From Bacillota bacterium (GTDB lineage Bacteria; Bacillota; Sulfobacillia; JAIMAT01), in NCBI GenBank assembly GCA_023511835.1, contig JAIMAT010000003.1, forward strand, positions 10,933 to 74,932: a stretch of 64,000 nucleotides of DNA, given 5' to 3'. A model generated the notes under the pieces. It worked only from the letters and a program-made list of their open reading frames with translations. It was not told where the DNA came from and ran no database searches. Below, one piece after another: positions 19,752-30,999 of this stretch (positions are counted from its first letter, which is position 1; each line of letters starts with the position of its first letter). The position numbers were made by a program, and so were the translations under genes.

Positions 19752-20966
19752 TTGCGGGATCTGGTCATCTTGGGCTCCACGGGCTCCATCGGCCGCCAGG
19801 CGCTGGACGTCCTCCGCGCCCACGCGGGGCGCTGGCGGGTGCGCGGCCTGGCGGCGGGCCGCGACGTCGACGGCCTGGAGGCACAGGTGCGCGAGTTCCA
19901 CCCGGGGCGGGTGGCGCTGGCCGACGAGGCGGCCGCGGCGGAGCTGGAGCGCCGGCTGGCCGGCGAGGGCGTGGAGGTTCTGGCCGGCGAGGCGGGGCTG
20001 GTGGAGCTGGCCGCCACCACCGAGGCGGACGGGGTGCTGAGTGCCGTCACCGGCGTGGCGGGCCTGGCGCCGACGCTGGCGGCGCTCAAGGCGCGCCGGC
20101 GGGTGGCGCTGGCCAACAAGGAGAGCCTGGTGGCCGCCGGGCCGGTGGTGCGACGCGAACTCGAGAGGCTTTACCCCTGGCTCGCGGCCGAGCCGGGCCT
20201 CGCCGTCCACCGGCCCGAGGCGCCGCTCCTGCCCGTGGACAGCGAGCATAGCGCCATCTTCCAGTGCCTGGCCGGCCGGGGGGCCGAAGGGCAGGTGGCG
20301 CGCCTCATCCTGACGGCCTCGGGAGGTCCCTTCCGCGGCTGGCCGCGGGAGCGGCTGGCGGGAGTGACGGTGGAGCAGGCGCTCCGCCACCCGACCTGGC
20401 GGATGGGGGCGCGCATCACGGTGGAGTCGGCGCTGCTGATGAACAAGGCGCTGGAAGTGATCGAGGCGCATTTCCTCTTCGGCGTCGGGTATGATCAAAT
20501 CGAAGTGGTCATCCACCCGCAGAGCATCGTCCACTCGCTGGTCGCCTTCGTCGACGGCTCCGTCCTGGGCCAGCTGGGCGCGGCCGACATGCGCATCCCC
20601 ATCCAGTACGCGCTCACCTATCCGGAACGGTGGCCCTCGCCGGCGCCCGGCTTGGACTTGGCGAGCGTGGGCCGGCTGGAGTTCGCCCCGCCCGACCGCG
20701 AGGCCTTCCCCTCGCTGGAGCTGGGCTACCTGGCCGGACGGACGGGCGGCACGGCGCCGGCGGTTCTCAACGCCGCCAAGGAGGAGGCGGTGGGACGCTT
20801 CCTCCAGGGGCGCCTTCCCTTCTTGGCCGTGCCCGAGGTGGCGGGGGAGGTGCTGGCGGAGCACCGGGCGGTGGCCGAGCCTTCGCTGGCGGACGTCCTG
20901 GAGGCCGACCGCTGGGCGCGCGAGCGGGCGCGCCGGCGAATGGAGGCGATGGCGGCGACATGGTGA
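19752..20966 (+). CDS. dxr: 1-deoxy-D-xylulose 5-phosphate reductoisomerase
   Basis: ILGSTGSIGRQALDV...LANKESLV...SEHSAIFQCL... TTG start at 19752. Confidence 0.93.
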   Translation: MRDLVILGSTGSIGRQALDVLRAHAGRWRVRGLAAGRDVDGLEAQVREFHPGRVALADEAAAAELERRLAGEGVEVLAGEAGLVELAATTEADGVLSAVTGVAGLAPTLAALKARRRVALANKESLVAAGPVVRRELERLYPWLAAEPGLAVHRPEAPLLPVDSEHSAIFQCLAGRGAEGQVARLILTASGGPFRGWPRERLAGVTVEQALRHPTWRMGARITVESALLMNKALEVIEAHFLFGVGYDQIEVVIHPQSIVHSLVAFVDGSVLGQLGAADMRIPIQYALTYPERWPSPAPGLDLASVGRLEFAPPDREAFPSLELGYLAGRTGGTAPAVLNAAKEEAVGRFLQGRLPFLAVPEVAGEVLAEHRAVAEPSLADVLEADRWARERARRRMEAMAATW

Positions 20967-22081
20967 GCAACTGGATCCTGGTGGTGGCCGTCTTCGCCTT
21001 CCTGATCGTCTTCCACGAGTTCGGCCACTACCTGATGGGCAAGCTGAGCGGCGTCCGCGTGGACGAGTTCGCGGTGGGCTTCGGCCCCCGGCTGGCAGGC
21101 TTTCGCTGGGGCGAGACCGCCTACAACCTCCGTCTCCTCCCCCTGGGTGGCTTCTGCCGGCTGGCGGGCCTCGAGGCGGAGCCCGACGACCTGGCGCGCG
21201 AGGTGGTGGGAGACGGCCCTCCACGGGCGGCTGACGAGGAGGGGGAGGGTGCGGCCCGGGCACGGCTCAGGCTCCGCCCGCCGATCCCGCCCGGCCGCTC
21301 CTTCCAGGACAAGTCCTTCCTCTGGAGACTGGCCATCATCGCCGCCGGGCCACTCTTCAACATCGCCCTGGCCGTGGTGCTTTTTGCCGTCACCTTCACC
21401 GTGGCCGGCATCCCCTCCGGCACCACCCTGCGTATCGCCTCGGTGCAGGCGGGCCTCCCGGCGGCCGCGGCGGGGCTTCGCCCGGGCGACCGGCTGGTGG
21501 CTGTCGACGGGCAGCGGCTGACCGAATGGCAGCAGTTCCAGCAGGTGGTGGCCTCCAGCCCGGGCCGGAGGCTGGAGCTGACGGTGGAGCGGGACGGCCG
21601 CCTGCTGACGCTGGCGGTCACACCCCAGCGCCAGGCGGACGGGCATGGCCTGGTGGGGGTGGCCCCGGCCAGTGAGCTGCGGCGCATGAGCCCCGGCCAG
21701 GGGATCCTCCAGGCCTTCGGGGCCACGTGGAGCGTCATCGCCGGCTGGTTTCAGGGGATCGGGGCGATGGTCAGCCACGCCGGCGGCGTCCAGGTGATGG
21801 GGCCGGTGGGCATCGGCGCGGAGATCTTCCAGGCCAGCCTGCTGGGTTTCTCCTACCTGCTCCTCTGGGGCGCGCTGATCAGCGCCAACTTGGGTCTGAT
21901 CAACCTCCTGCCGATCCCTGCCCTGGACGGGAGTCACCTGCTTCTCATCCTGGTGGAGTGGATCCGCGGGAGGCCCGTCGATCCCGCCAAGGTCAACCTG
22001 GTCCAATTCATCGGCTTCGCTCTCCTGATGCTGCTGATGATCGCGGTCACCTACCGCGACTTGGTGAGGCTGATCGGCTGA
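20960..22081 (+). CDS. rseP: RIP metalloprotease RseP/RasP (site-2 protease)
   Basis: HEFGHYL zinc motif, PDZ domain and C-terminal LDGSHLL motif. ATG at 20960 overlaps the dxr stop. Confidence 0.9.
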   Translation: MVSNWILVVAVFAFLIVFHEFGHYLMGKLSGVRVDEFAVGFGPRLAGFRWGETAYNLRLLPLGGFCRLAGLEAEPDDLAREVVGDGPPRAADEEGEGAARARLRLRPPIPPGRSFQDKSFLWRLAIIAAGPLFNIALAVVLFAVTFTVAGIPSGTTLRIASVQAGLPAAAAGLRPGDRLVAVDGQRLTEWQQFQQVVASSPGRRLELTVERDGRLLTLAVTPQRQADGHGLVGVAPASELRRMSPGQGILQAFGATWSVIAGWFQGIGAMVSHAGGVQVMGPVGIGAEIFQASLLGFSYLLLWGALISANLGLINLLPIPALDGSHLLLILVEWIRGRPVDPAKVNLVQFIGFALLMLLMIAVTYRDLVRLIG

Positions 22082-22134
22082 CTCCCGGGAGCCGAAGCGG
22101 GCCCCGGGCGCGGAGCGTGAGGAGGTCGGGAGAG

Positions 22135-23226
22135 GTGGACCGGCGCGAGAGCCGGCAGGTGCGCGTAGGCAAAGTGGCCATCGGCGGCGGTGCCCCGGTG
22201 ACCGTGCAGACCATGACCAAGACGGACACCCGGGACGTCGCCGCCACGGTGGACGAGATCCGGCGCCTGGCCATGGCGGGCGCGGACATCGTGCGCTTGG
22301 CCGTGGTCGACGCCGAGGCGGCCGTCGCCCTGGGTGCCATCAAGCGCGAGGTGGGCGACTTCCCCCTGGTGGCCGACATCCACTTCGACTACCGGCTGGC
22401 GCTGGAGGCGCTGCGCCAGGGAGTGGACAAGATCCGCATCAACCCGGGAAACATCGGCGCCGAGTGGAAGGTGCGCGAGGTGGTGGCGGCCTGCCGCGAG
22501 CGGGGCGTCCCCATCCGCATCGGCGTCAACTCCGGCTCCATCGAGCGGCCGCTGCTGGAGAAGTACGGCCGCTCGCCGCGGGCCATGGTGGAGAGCGCCC
22601 TCCGCCACGTGGAGATCCTGGAGCGCATGGACTTCCAGGACATCGTCATCTCGCTCAAAGCCTCCGACGTGCCCACCATGGTGGCGGCGTACGAGGAGAT
22701 CGCCCGCGAGGTGCCGTATCCGCTCCATCTGGGCGTGACCGAGGCGGGCCCCGGCCTGGCGGCGGCGGTCAAGTCGGCCGTGGGCATCGGCCACCTGCTG
22801 GCGGAGGGGATCGGCGACACGATCCGCGTCTCCATCACGGGCGACGCCGCCGAAGAGGTGGCGGTGGGGCTGGAGATCCTCTATGCCCTGGGCCTGCGCG
22901 AGAAGCGCCTGGAGATCGTCTCCTGCCCCACCTGCGGACGGTGCGAGGTCGACCTCTTCCGCATCGTCCACGAGGTGGAGCAGCGCATGCCGCCGGTGGA
23001 GCGTCCGCTGCGCGTCGCCATCATGGGCTGCGGCGTCAACGGGCCCGGCGAGGCGCGGGAGGCCGACATCGGGCTGGCCTCGGGCAACGGCGTGGGCCTC
23101 ATCTTCCGCAAGGGGCAGGTGCTGCGCAAGGTGCCGGAGCGCGAGATGGTCGACGTGCTGCTGGAGGAGATCGCCCGGCTGGGCAGGGCCGGGGAGGCGT
23201 CCGAACCGGTCGGCGCCGGATCTTGA
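22135..23226 (+). CDS. ispG: 4-hydroxy-3-methylbut-2-enyl diphosphate synthase IspG (GcpE)
   Basis: RQVRVGKVAIGGGAPVTVQTMTKTDTRDVAAT... with C-terminal CPTCGRC. GTG start is preceded by GAGGAGG. Confidence 0.93.
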   Translation: MDRRESRQVRVGKVAIGGGAPVTVQTMTKTDTRDVAATVDEIRRLAMAGADIVRLAVVDAEAAVALGAIKREVGDFPLVADIHFDYRLALEALRQGVDKIRINPGNIGAEWKVREVVAACRERGVPIRIGVNSGSIERPLLEKYGRSPRAMVESALRHVEILERMDFQDIVISLKASDVPTMVAAYEEIAREVPYPLHLGVTEAGPGLAAAVKSAVGIGHLLAEGIGDTIRVSITGDAAEEVAVGLEILYALGLREKRLEIVSCPTCGRCEVDLFRIVHEVEQRMPPVERPLRVAIMGCGVNGPGEAREADIGLASGNGVGLIFRKGQVLRKVPEREMVDVLLEEIARLGRAGEASEPVGAGS

Positions 23227-23248
23227 CCCGCGCCCGGCGACCGCTCTT

Positions 23249-23285
23249 CCGCAGGGCCGGCGAGGCCCCGCGGAAACATTTTTAT
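23249..23285 (+). terminator. Rho-independent terminator downstream of ispG
   Basis: Imperfect hairpin CCGCAGGGCC-ggcga-GGCCCCGCGG (9 of 10 bp) followed by AAACATTTTTATCC. Confidence 0.5.
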
Positions 23286-23325
23286 CCGGGAGAGGCAAGG
23301 AGCGAGGAGACGGGGGGATCGGCGG

Positions 23326-25065
23326 ATGCGCCTCTCGCAGTACTTGGCCCCGACGCTCCGCGAGGAGCCGGCCGAGGCCGAGATTCCCAGCCATCGCCTG
23401 ATGCTGCGGGCGGGGCTGATGCGCAAAGTGGCGGCGGGGATCTACACCTTCCTGCCGCTGGGGACGCGCGCCATCCAGAAGGTGGAGCAGATGGTGCGCG
23501 AGGAGATGAACCGGGCGGGGGCGCTGGAGGTGCGGCTGCCCATCGTCCAGCCGGCGGAGCTCTGGCAGGAGACGGGCCGCTGGGAGGAGTACGGCCCGGA
23601 GATGTTCCGCCTCAGTGACCGCCACGGGCGGCTCTTCGCGCTGGGGCCGACACACGAGGAGATCGTCACCGACCTGGTGCGCGGCACGGTCTCCTCCTAC
23701 CGCCAGCTGCCGCTCACCCTCTACCAGATCCAGAACAAGTACCGGGACGAGGTGCGCCCCCGTTTCGGGGTGATGCGCTCGCGCGAGTTCGTGATGAAGG
23801 ACGCCTACTCCTTCGACCGGGACGAGGAGGGCATGCACCGCAGCTACCGGGCCATGTACGAGGCGTACGAGCGCGTCTTCCGCCGCTGCGGGCTGGAGTT
23901 CCGCGTGGTGGAGGCCGACTCGGGCGCCATCGGCGGCAGCTACACGCACGAGTTCATGGCCCTGGCCGAGAGCGGCGAGGCCGAGGTGGTCTGGTGCCCG
24001 CGCTGCGGCTACGCGGCCGACGCCGAGAAGGCCGAGTCGGCGGCGCCGCCGGCGGGCGAGGAGCCCCTCCGGCCGCTGGAGCGGGTGGCGACGCCGGGGG
24101 TGCGGACCATCCAGGAGCTGGTCGACTTCCTCCCGGTGGACGTGGGGCATACGGCCAAGATCCTCTTCTACGTCGCCACCTACGCCGGCGGGCGCGAGGA
24201 GCTGGTGGCCGCCGTCCTGCGCGGCGACCGGACGCTCAACGAGATCAAGCTGAAGAACGCGCTGGGCGCGCTGCAGGTGCGCATGGCGGACCAGGAGCGG
24301 GTCTTGCGGGAGACCGGCGCCCCCTTCGGCTCGGCCGGGCCGGTGGGGCTTCGCGGCGCCCGCCTCCTCCTCGACCGCGAGGTGGCGGCCGGCCGGAACT
24401 GGGCCGTGGGCGCCAACGAGGAGGACTGGCACCTGCGCAACGCCAACCCCGGGCGCGACTTCCCCGCTGGTCCGGTCCACGACCTGCGTCTGGCGGGTGC
24501 GGGCGATCCCTGCCCGCGCTGCGGCGAGCCCATGGAGAGCCGGGCGGGCATCGAGGTGGGCCAGGTTTTCGAGCTGGGGACCAAGTACTCCGAGCGCCTG
24601 GGCGCCACCTTCTACGACGAGGAAGGGCGCAGCCGCCCGATCCTGATGGGCTGCTACGGCATCGGCGTGACGCGCACGGTGGCGGCGGTGATCGAGCAGC
24701 ACCACGACGAGTCCGGCATCGTCTGGCCGGTCAGCGTCGCCCCCTTCGAGGCGGTGGTGGTACCCGTCCACTACGCCGAACCGGCCCAGCGCGAGGCGGC
24801 CGAGCGCCTCTACCGCGAGTTGCAGGAGGCGGGCGTGGAGGTGGCCCTGGACGACCGGGACGAGCGGAGCGGCGTCAAGTTCAACGACGCCGACCTGGTG
24901 GGCTACCCCTACCGCGTGACGGTGGGGCCCAAGGCGCTGGCGCGCGGCGAAGTGGAGCTGACGCGGCGGGCGGGCCGACAGACCGAGAGCCTGCCGCTGG
25001 AGGAGCTGGCGGACGTCCTGCGCCGCCGCCTGGCGGCCGACCGGGCCGCGCTCTCCGCCGAGTAG
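23326..25065 (+). CDS. proS: Proline--tRNA ligase (bacterial type, with INS editing domain)
   Basis: [46 protein letters not shown]... Confidence 0.97.
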   Translation: MRLSQYLAPTLREEPAEAEIPSHRLMLRAGLMRKVAAGIYTFLPLGTRAIQKVEQMVREEMNRAGALEVRLPIVQPAELWQETGRWEEYGPEMFRLSDRHGRLFALGPTHEEIVTDLVRGTVSSYRQLPLTLYQIQNKYRDEVRPRFGVMRSREFVMKDAYSFDRDEEGMHRSYRAMYEAYERVFRRCGLEFRVVEADSGAIGGSYTHEFMALAESGEAEVVWCPRCGYAADAEKAESAAPPAGEEPLRPLERVATPGVRTIQELVDFLPVDVGHTAKILFYVATYAGGREELVAAVLRGDRTLNEIKLKNALGALQVRMADQERVLRETGAPFGSAGPVGLRGARLLLDREVAAGRNWAVGANEEDWHLRNANPGRDFPAGPVHDLRLAGAGDPCPRCGEPMESRAGIEVGQVFELGTKYSERLGATFYDEEGRSRPILMGCYGIGVTRTVAAVIEQHHDESGIVWPVSVAPFEAVVVPVHYAEPAQREAAERLYRELQEAGVEVALDDRDERSGVKFNDADLVGYPYRVTVGPKALARGEVELTRRAGRQTESLPLEELADVLRRRLAADRAALSAE

Positions 25066-25066
25066 G

Positions 25067-28000
25067 GTGGGCGGCGTGGTGGCGAGGTGGCTGCGCGTGG
25101 AGCCGGCCGCGCCCGCCGGCGCGGGCGTGGACTGGCTCCTGGGAGAGCTCTGGACGGGGCTTTCCGGGGAGGAGCGGCGCCGCTGGGCGGGGGCGCGGGT
25201 GGCCGCGCTCCGCCTGGCCGCCGACGCCAGTGAGGCGCGGCTGGAGGTGACGGGCTGCGATCCGGAGGCCGGCGGGGAGCTGGCCGACCTGCTCCGGCGG
25301 CGCTTCCCCGGCTTCCGCCAGTACCGCGTCGAGGTGCGGAGGCTCTCCCCGGAGGAGCTTTTCCCGCGCCTGGTGGAGGCAGCCGCGGCGCGTAACCCGG
25401 CCGTGGGGCCGCTCCTGCGCGCCGGCCGGGCCGACTGGCCCGAGCCGGACCGGCTGGAGATCCGGCTGCCCCACGCCTCCGGGCGGGACTGGCTGCGCGA
25501 GGAGCGCGCCGAGGGGCTCCTGGCGCAGGAGGCGGCGGCGCTCTTGGGGCGCGAGGTGGAGGTGCGCCTGGTCGTCGACGAGGCCCCGGAGGCGGAGGAG
25601 CCCGGGGAGATCGAGGCCGAGCTGCTACGCGAGGCGTTCGCTGCCGTGGAGAGCGCCCCGGGCGAGCCGCCGGCGACCGGCGGGCAGGAGCCGCCGACCG
25701 AGGGCGAGGTACTGGCGGGCCGCCGCATCCCGGAGGAGCCGGTGCGCATGGCCGAGCTGGGCGAGGAGCCCGGCGAGGTGGTGGTGGAGGGCGAGATCCT
25801 CGCCATCGAGGGGCGCGAGCTGAAGAGCGGGCGCTGGCTCTTCGAGATGGATGTGAGCGACCGCAGCGACAGCCTGACCGCGCGCTGCTTCCTGCCGCGC
25901 CAGCGCGTCGCCCGCTTCGCGCTCCTCAAGCCGGGCCAGCGCCTCCGCCTGCGCGGCCGCTGGGAGATGGAGAAGACGGCCGGCGAGCCCCGCCTGACGG
26001 TGCGCGACGCCCAGGTGGTGGCGCCGCGACGGCGGCGGGACGAGGCGGCGGAGAAGCGGGTGGAGCTCCACTGCCACACGCGCATGAGCGCCATGGACGC
26101 GGTCAGCGAGACGGAGGAGCTGGTCCGCCGGGCGGCCGAGTGGGGGCATCCCGCCATCGCCATCACCGACCACGGCGTGGTCCAGTCCTTCCCCGAGGCG
26201 TACGAGGCGGGGAAGAAGTACGGCGTCCAGATCCTCTACGGCATGGAGGCCTACCTGCAGGTCGACGAGAGCGACCTGAGCCGCCCATACAACCACGCCA
26301 TCCTCATCGCCCGCGACCAGGAAGGGCTGCACGCCCTCTACGAGCTGGTGACGCGCTCGCACCTGGAGAGCTTCCACCGCTTCCCGCGCATTCCCAAGAG
26401 CCTCCTGGCGGCGCGGCGCGAGCACCTCCTGATCGGCACCGCCTGCGAGCGGGGGGAGCTCTTCCGGGCCCTCCTGGCCGGGGCGGGGGAGGAGGAGCTG
26501 GAGCGCATCGCCTCCTTCTACGACTACCTGGAGGTGCAGCCGCTGGCCAACGACCGCTTCCTGATCGAGAACGGGACGCTGCCGGACGAGGAGGCGCTGC
26601 GCCAGATCAACCGGCGCATCGTCGAGCTGGGCGAGCGGCTGGGGAAGCCGGTCTGCGCCACCAGCGACTGCCACTTCGTGGAGCCGGAGGACGGCCTCTT
26701 CCGGAACGTGCTCCACGCGGCCCAGGGTTACGACGACTCGGAGCGCGAGTCGCCGCTCTTCTTTCACACGACCGACGAGATGCTGGCCGAGTTCGACTAC
26801 CTGGGCGAGGAGCGCTGCCGCCGGGTGGTGATCGAGGGGCCGCGGCAGGTGGCGGCGCTCTGCAGCCCGGACATCCTCCCCGTCCCGGAGGGACTCCACG
26901 CGCCCGAGCTGCCCGGCGCCGCCGAGGAGCTGGAGGAGACGGCGCGGGGGCGCGCCCGCGAGCTGTACGGCGAGCCGCTGCCGGAGGCGGTGGCCGAGCG
27001 GCTGGAGTACGAGATCCGCTCCATCGTCGGCAACGGCTTCGCCAGCCTCTACATGATCGCCCAGCGGCTGGTCCGGAAGTCGCTGGAGGACGGCTACCTG
27101 GTGGGCTCGCGCGGCTCGGTGGGCTCCTCGCTGGTGGCCACGCTCCTCGGGATCACCGAGGTCAACCCGCTGCCGCCCCACTACCGCTGTCCCGACTGCC
27201 GCTGGAGCGACTTCCCGGCCCAGCCGGGCGTCGCCTCCGGCTTCGACCTGCCGGAGCGCAGCTGCCCGCGCTGCGGCGGGCGGCTGGTCAAGGACGGGCA
27301 CGACATCCCCTTCGCCACCTTCATGGGCTTCCACGGCGACAAGGTGCCCGACATCGACCTCAACTTCTCGGGCGAGTACCAGCCGCGCATCCATCGCTAC
27401 ACGGAGGAGCTGCTGGGCGAGGGGCACGTCTTCCGCGCGGGCACCATCTCCACCATCGCCGAGCGGACCGCCTACGGCTTCGTCCGCGCCTGGGCGCAGC
27501 AGACGGGCAGGAAGTTGCGCGAGGCGGAGGTGCGCCGCCTGGTGCGCGGCTGCTCGGGGGTGCGCCGGACCACCGGCCAGCACCCGGGCGGCCTGATGGT
27601 GGTGCCGCGGGGCGACGACATCCTGCGCTACACGCCGCTCCAGCACCCGGCCGACGACCGCGAGTCGGGGACGGTCACCACCCACTTCGACTACCACTCC
27701 ATCTCCTCGCGGCTGGTCAAGCTGGACCTGCTGGGCCACGATGACCCCACGGCCATCCGCATGCTGGAGGAGCTGACCGGAGTCGACGCCCACGCCATCC
27801 CCTTCGACGACCCGGAGACGCTGGCGCTCTTCTCGGGGCTGGAGCCGCTGGGCCTCTCGGCCGAGGAGCTGGGCAGCGACGTGGGCACGCTGGGGCTGCC
27901 CGAGTTCGGCACGCGCTTCGTGCGCGGCATGCTCTCCCAGACCCGTCCCAAGAGCTTCGCCGAGCTGGTCCGCATCTCGGGCCTCTCCCACGGCACGGAC

Positions 28001-28768
28001 GTCTGGAACAACAACGCCCAGGAGCTGGTGGCCTCGGGGCGTGCCACGCTCCAGGAAGTCATCTCCACCCGCGACGACATCATGCTGGCCCTGATCCGCT
28101 GGGGCATGGAGCGGGAGGAAGCCTTCCGCATCATGGAGCAGGTACGCAAAGGGAAGGGGCTGAAGCCCTCCGACGAGGAGGCCATGCGCCGCCACGGGGT
28201 CCCCGGTTGGTTCGTGGAGAGCTGCCAGAAGATCAGCTACCTCTTTCCCAAGGCGCACGCGGTGGCCTACGTGATCATGGCCTTCCGCATCGCCTGGTTC
28301 AAGGTCCACCATCCGGCCGCCTTCTACGCCACCTACTTCAGCGTCCGCGCCGACGACTTCGACGCCGCCTGGATCGGCGAAACGCCGTCCACCTGGCGGC
28401 GCCGCATCCGCGAGATCGAGGCGAAGGGAAACGAGGCCACGGCGAAGGAGAAGAACCAGGTGACCATCCTGGAGGTGGCCGTGGAGATGGCGCTGCGCGG
28501 GATGCGCTTCCTGCCCATCGACCTGGAGCGCTCGCACCCGGCCCGCTTCCTGGTGGAGGAGGGCGGGTTGCGGCCGCCCTTCGTCGCCATCCAGGGGCTG
28601 GGCGCCCGCGCCGCGGAGGCCATCGTGCGCGCGCGCGAGGAGGCGCCCTTCCTCTCCCGCGAGGACCTGCAGCGGCGCGGCCGCCTGAGCCGGGCGGTCA
28701 TGGAGCTGCTGGAGCGCCACGGCGTCCTGGAGGGGCTGCCGCTCTCGGACCAGATGGTCCTCTTCTGA
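25067..28768 (+). CDS. polC: DNA polymerase III alpha subunit, PolC type, lacking the 3'-5' exonuclease insertion
   Basis: Contains the OB domain, PHP domain ([12 protein letters not shown]...[11 protein letters not shown]...YGMEAY), PolC zinc finger (CPDCRW...CPRCGG) and polymerase core. Residues that flank the exonuclease domain in canonical PolC are directly adjacent here (...[29 protein letters not shown]...). Length is 1233 aa versus about 1430-1440 aa for canonical PolC. Confidence 0.9.
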   Translation: MGGVVARWLRVEPAAPAGAGVDWLLGELWTGLSGEERRRWAGARVAALRLAADASEARLEVTGCDPEAGGELADLLRRRFPGFRQYRVEVRRLSPEELFPRLVEAAAARNPAVGPLLRAGRADWPEPDRLEIRLPHASGRDWLREERAEGLLAQEAAALLGREVEVRLVVDEAPEAEEPGEIEAELLREAFAAVESAPGEPPATGGQEPPTEGEVLAGRRIPEEPVRMAELGEEPGEVVVEGEILAIEGRELKSGRWLFEMDVSDRSDSLTARCFLPRQRVARFALLKPGQRLRLRGRWEMEKTAGEPRLTVRDAQVVAPRRRRDEAAEKRVELHCHTRMSAMDAVSETEELVRRAAEWGHPAIAITDHGVVQSFPEAYEAGKKYGVQILYGMEAYLQVDESDLSRPYNHAILIARDQEGLHALYELVTRSHLESFHRFPRIPKSLLAARREHLLIGTACERGELFRALLAGAGEEELERIASFYDYLEVQPLANDRFLIENGTLPDEEALRQINRRIVELGERLGKPVCATSDCHFVEPEDGLFRNVLHAAQGYDDSERESPLFFHTTDEMLAEFDYLGEERCRRVVIEGPRQVAALCSPDILPVPEGLHAPELPGAAEELEETARGRARELYGEPLPEAVAERLEYEIRSIVGNGFASLYMIAQRLVRKSLEDGYLVGSRGSVGSSLVATLLGITEVNPLPPHYRCPDCRWSDFPAQPGVASGFDLPERSCPRCGGRLVKDGHDIPFATFMGFHGDKVPDIDLNFSGEYQPRIHRYTEELLGEGHVFRAGTISTIAERTAYGFVRAWAQQTGRKLREAEVRRLVRGCSGVRRTTGQHPGGLMVVPRGDDILRYTPLQHPADDRESGTVTTHFDYHSISSRLVKLDLLGHDDPTAIRMLEELTGVDAHAIPFDDPETLALFSGLEPLGLSAEELGSDVGTLGLPEFGTRFVRGMLSQTRPKSFAELVRISGLSHGTDVWNNNAQELVASGRATLQEVISTRDDIMLALIRWGMEREEAFRIMEQVRKGKGLKPSDEEAMRRHGVPGWFVESCQKISYLFPKAHAVAYVIMAFRIAWFKVHHPAAFYATYFSVRADDFDAAWIGETPSTWRRRIREIEAKGNEATAKEKNQVTILEVAVEMALRGMRFLPIDLERSHPARFLVEEGGLRPPFVAIQGLGARAAEAIVRAREEAPFLSREDLQRRGRLSRAVMELLERHGVLEGLPLSDQMVLF

Positions 28769-28865
28769 GGCCCCGCCGGCCTGGGGGCGGCACGGGGCCG
28801 GGGGCGGTCCGCACCGCGGGCGCCCCGGCGGCGGGAGACCGAGCCCGACGAGGGGGTGTGGCGGC

Positions 28866-29870
28866 ATGAAGCCGGAGGGTCGGTCGAGTTTCCGCGCTTT
28901 CTGGGTGGAGCGTACAGGCGAGCGCTTTTTCGCCGGGGTTCGGGAGCTGCCCGCGGAGGCGCTGCCCGAGGCGGACGTGACGGTGCGGGTGGAGTACTCC
29001 TCGCTCAACTACAAGGATGCCCTGGCCACGCGTCCCGACGGCCGCGTGGTGCGGCGCTACCCCATGGTGGCGGGCATCGACCTGGCCGGCCGCGTGGTCG
29101 ACTCGCGCGACCCGCGCTTCCGGCCCGGAGAGGAGGTGCTGGCCACCGGCTACGAACTGGGCGTGGCCCACTTCGGCGGACTGGCCGAGTACGCCCGGCT
29201 GCCGGGCGACTGGCTCCTGCCCATTCCGGAGGGCTGGGGGCCGCGCGAGGCCATGACGCTGGGCACGGCCGGTCTCACGGCCGGCCTGGCCGTCGAGCGC
29301 CTGGAGCAACTGGGGCTCGGGCCCGGCGACGGCCCGGTGCTGGTGACCGGCGCCAGCGGCGGCGTCGGCTCGCTGGCGGTGGCGCTCCTCGCCGCGCGGG
29401 GCTACCGGGTGGCGGCCAGCACGGGCAAGGCGGAGGCGGACGCCTACCTGCGGCAGCTGGGCGCGGAGGAGGTGCTGGAGCGCGCCGCCACCTCGGCGTC
29501 CTCGTCCAAGGCGCTGGAGAGCCAGCGCTGGGCGGCGGCGGTCGACCCCGTGGGCGGGGAGACCACCGCCTATCTCCTGCGCACCCTGCGTTACGGCGGG
29601 GCGCTGGCGCTGGTCGGCCTGGCGGGCGGCGCGGAGCTCCGGACCAGCGTCCATCCCTTCATCCTCCGCGGCGTCACCCTGGCCGGCATCGACTCGGCCT
29701 ACGCGCCGGTCGAACTCCGCCGGCGCGTCTGGCGGCGTCTCGCCGCCGAGCTGCCGGCGGTCGTGCTGGAACGGGTGCGGGCGGCCGAGGTGGGGCTGGA
29801 GGGGGTAGCCGAGGCGGCGGCGAGCCTCCTGCGCGGGGAGGTGCGGGGGCGCGTGCTCGTCCGCCTGTGA
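28866..29870 (+). CDS. NADPH:quinone oxidoreductase of the MDR superfamily (YhdH/AcuI-like, zinc-independent)
   Basis: ...YSSLNYKDALA...VLVTGASGGVGSLAVALLAARGYRVAAS... Confidence 0.8.
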   Translation: MKPEGRSSFRAFWVERTGERFFAGVRELPAEALPEADVTVRVEYSSLNYKDALATRPDGRVVRRYPMVAGIDLAGRVVDSRDPRFRPGEEVLATGYELGVAHFGGLAEYARLPGDWLLPIPEGWGPREAMTLGTAGLTAGLAVERLEQLGLGPGDGPVLVTGASGGVGSLAVALLAARGYRVAASTGKAEADAYLRQLGAEEVLERAATSASSSKALESQRWAAAVDPVGGETTAYLLRTLRYGGALALVGLAGGAELRTSVHPFILRGVTLAGIDSAYAPVELRRRVWRRLAAELPAVVLERVRAAEVGLEGVAEAAASLLRGEVRGRVLVRL

Positions 29871-29909
29871 GGGACCGGCAAGAGCGGAGGCGAGGGGGAA
29901 GGTGAGCGG

Positions 29910-30911
29910 TTGGCCACCATCCTGGTGACGGGCGGCGCCGGCTTCATCGGGAGCGCCAGCGTGGACGAGCTTCTCGCCCGCGGGCACCGCGTGGCGGTGC
30001 TGGACGACCTGTCGGGCGGGAGGCGGGAGAACCTGCCGCCCGGGGCGGAGCTCTGGGTGGCCGACGTGGGCGACGCCGAGGCGGTGCGCGGCCTCTTCCG
30101 GCGGCTGCGGCCCGAGCTGGTGCTCCACTTGGCGGCCCAGATCTCGGTCAGCCGGTCCGTGCGCGAGCCGGCCGCCGACGCCCGCGTCAACGTCGTGGGG
30201 CTTCTGCACGTGCTGGAGGCGGCCCGCGAGACGGGGAGCCGCCGGGTCGTCTTCGCCTCCTCGGGGGGCGTGCTCTACGGGGAGGTGGAGCGGCCGGCGG
30301 TGGAGGAGCAGCCGCTGGCGCCCGTCTCGCCCTACGGCATCGCCAAGTGGGCCGGGGAGCGCTACCTGGAGTTCTTCGCCCGGGAGTACGGCCTCGAGGG
30401 CGTCGCGCTCCGCTACGGCAACGTCTTCGGCCCGCGCCAGGACCCGCACGGGGAGGCCGGCGTGGTGGCCATCTTCAGCCGCCGCCTCCTGGCGGGGGAG
30501 CCGCCGCTGGTCCACGGGGACGGCGAGAACGTACGCGACTACGTCTACGTCGCGGACGTGGCACGCGCCAACCGGCTGGCGCTGGAGGCGGAGCCGCCGC
30601 GGCTGCTGCCCGGGGGAGGGACCCCCTTCGTCGCCTTCAACGTGGGCACCGGGCGGGGGACCACCGTCAACCGGCTGGTGGAGATGATGGGCCGGGCGCT
30701 GGCCGAGCTGACCGGCGCCCGGGCGCGGGCGCCCGTCCACGGTCCGGCGCGGGCGGGCGACTTGCGCTCGAGCCTCCTCGACGCCGGGCGCATCGAGCGG
30801 AGGCTGGGCTGGAGGCCCGAGGTGCCGCTGGAGGAAGGGCTCCGCCGCACGCTCCGCTGGTTCGCAGAGGCGGGCGGGGCGATTGCCGCCTCCGGCGGCA
30901 GCGTGCTATAG
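29910..30911 (+). CDS. NAD-dependent epimerase/dehydratase (UDP-glucose 4-epimerase-like)
   Basis: ILVTGGAGFIGS Rossmann motif plus YGIAK (YxxxK). TTG start. Confidence 0.85.
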   Translation: MATILVTGGAGFIGSASVDELLARGHRVAVLDDLSGGRRENLPPGAELWVADVGDAEAVRGLFRRLRPELVLHLAAQISVSRSVREPAADARVNVVGLLHVLEAARETGSRRVVFASSGGVLYGEVERPAVEEQPLAPVSPYGIAKWAGERYLEFFAREYGLEGVALRYGNVFGPRQDPHGEAGVVAIFSRRLLAGEPPLVHGDGENVRDYVYVADVARANRLALEAEPPRLLPGGGTPFVAFNVGTGRGTTVNRLVEMMGRALAELTGARARAPVHGPARAGDLRSSLLDAGRIERRLGWRPEVPLEEGLRRTLRWFAEAGGAIAASGGSVL

Positions 30912-30999
30912 TGAACTGACCGCAGGAGGCGCGTGGGAGAGTGGGTGCCGCACCCACTCTTCTCTGTGTGTGGCCGCTCTCTCGTCGGAGGTGAGGGGT

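Noticed and set aside
20630-20959. N-terminal extension of rseP in the ORF track (start at 20630)
   Set aside because: The conserved RseP N-terminal TM begins at MVSNWILVV (ATG 20960). The upstream part is an alternate frame of dxr.
22051-26166. 1371-aa minus-strand ORF antisense to ispG, proS and polC
   Set aside because: GC-rich artefact. The opposite strand carries three strongly conserved genes.
25625-29008. 1127-aa minus-strand ORF antisense to polC
   Set aside because: Artefact, for the same reason.
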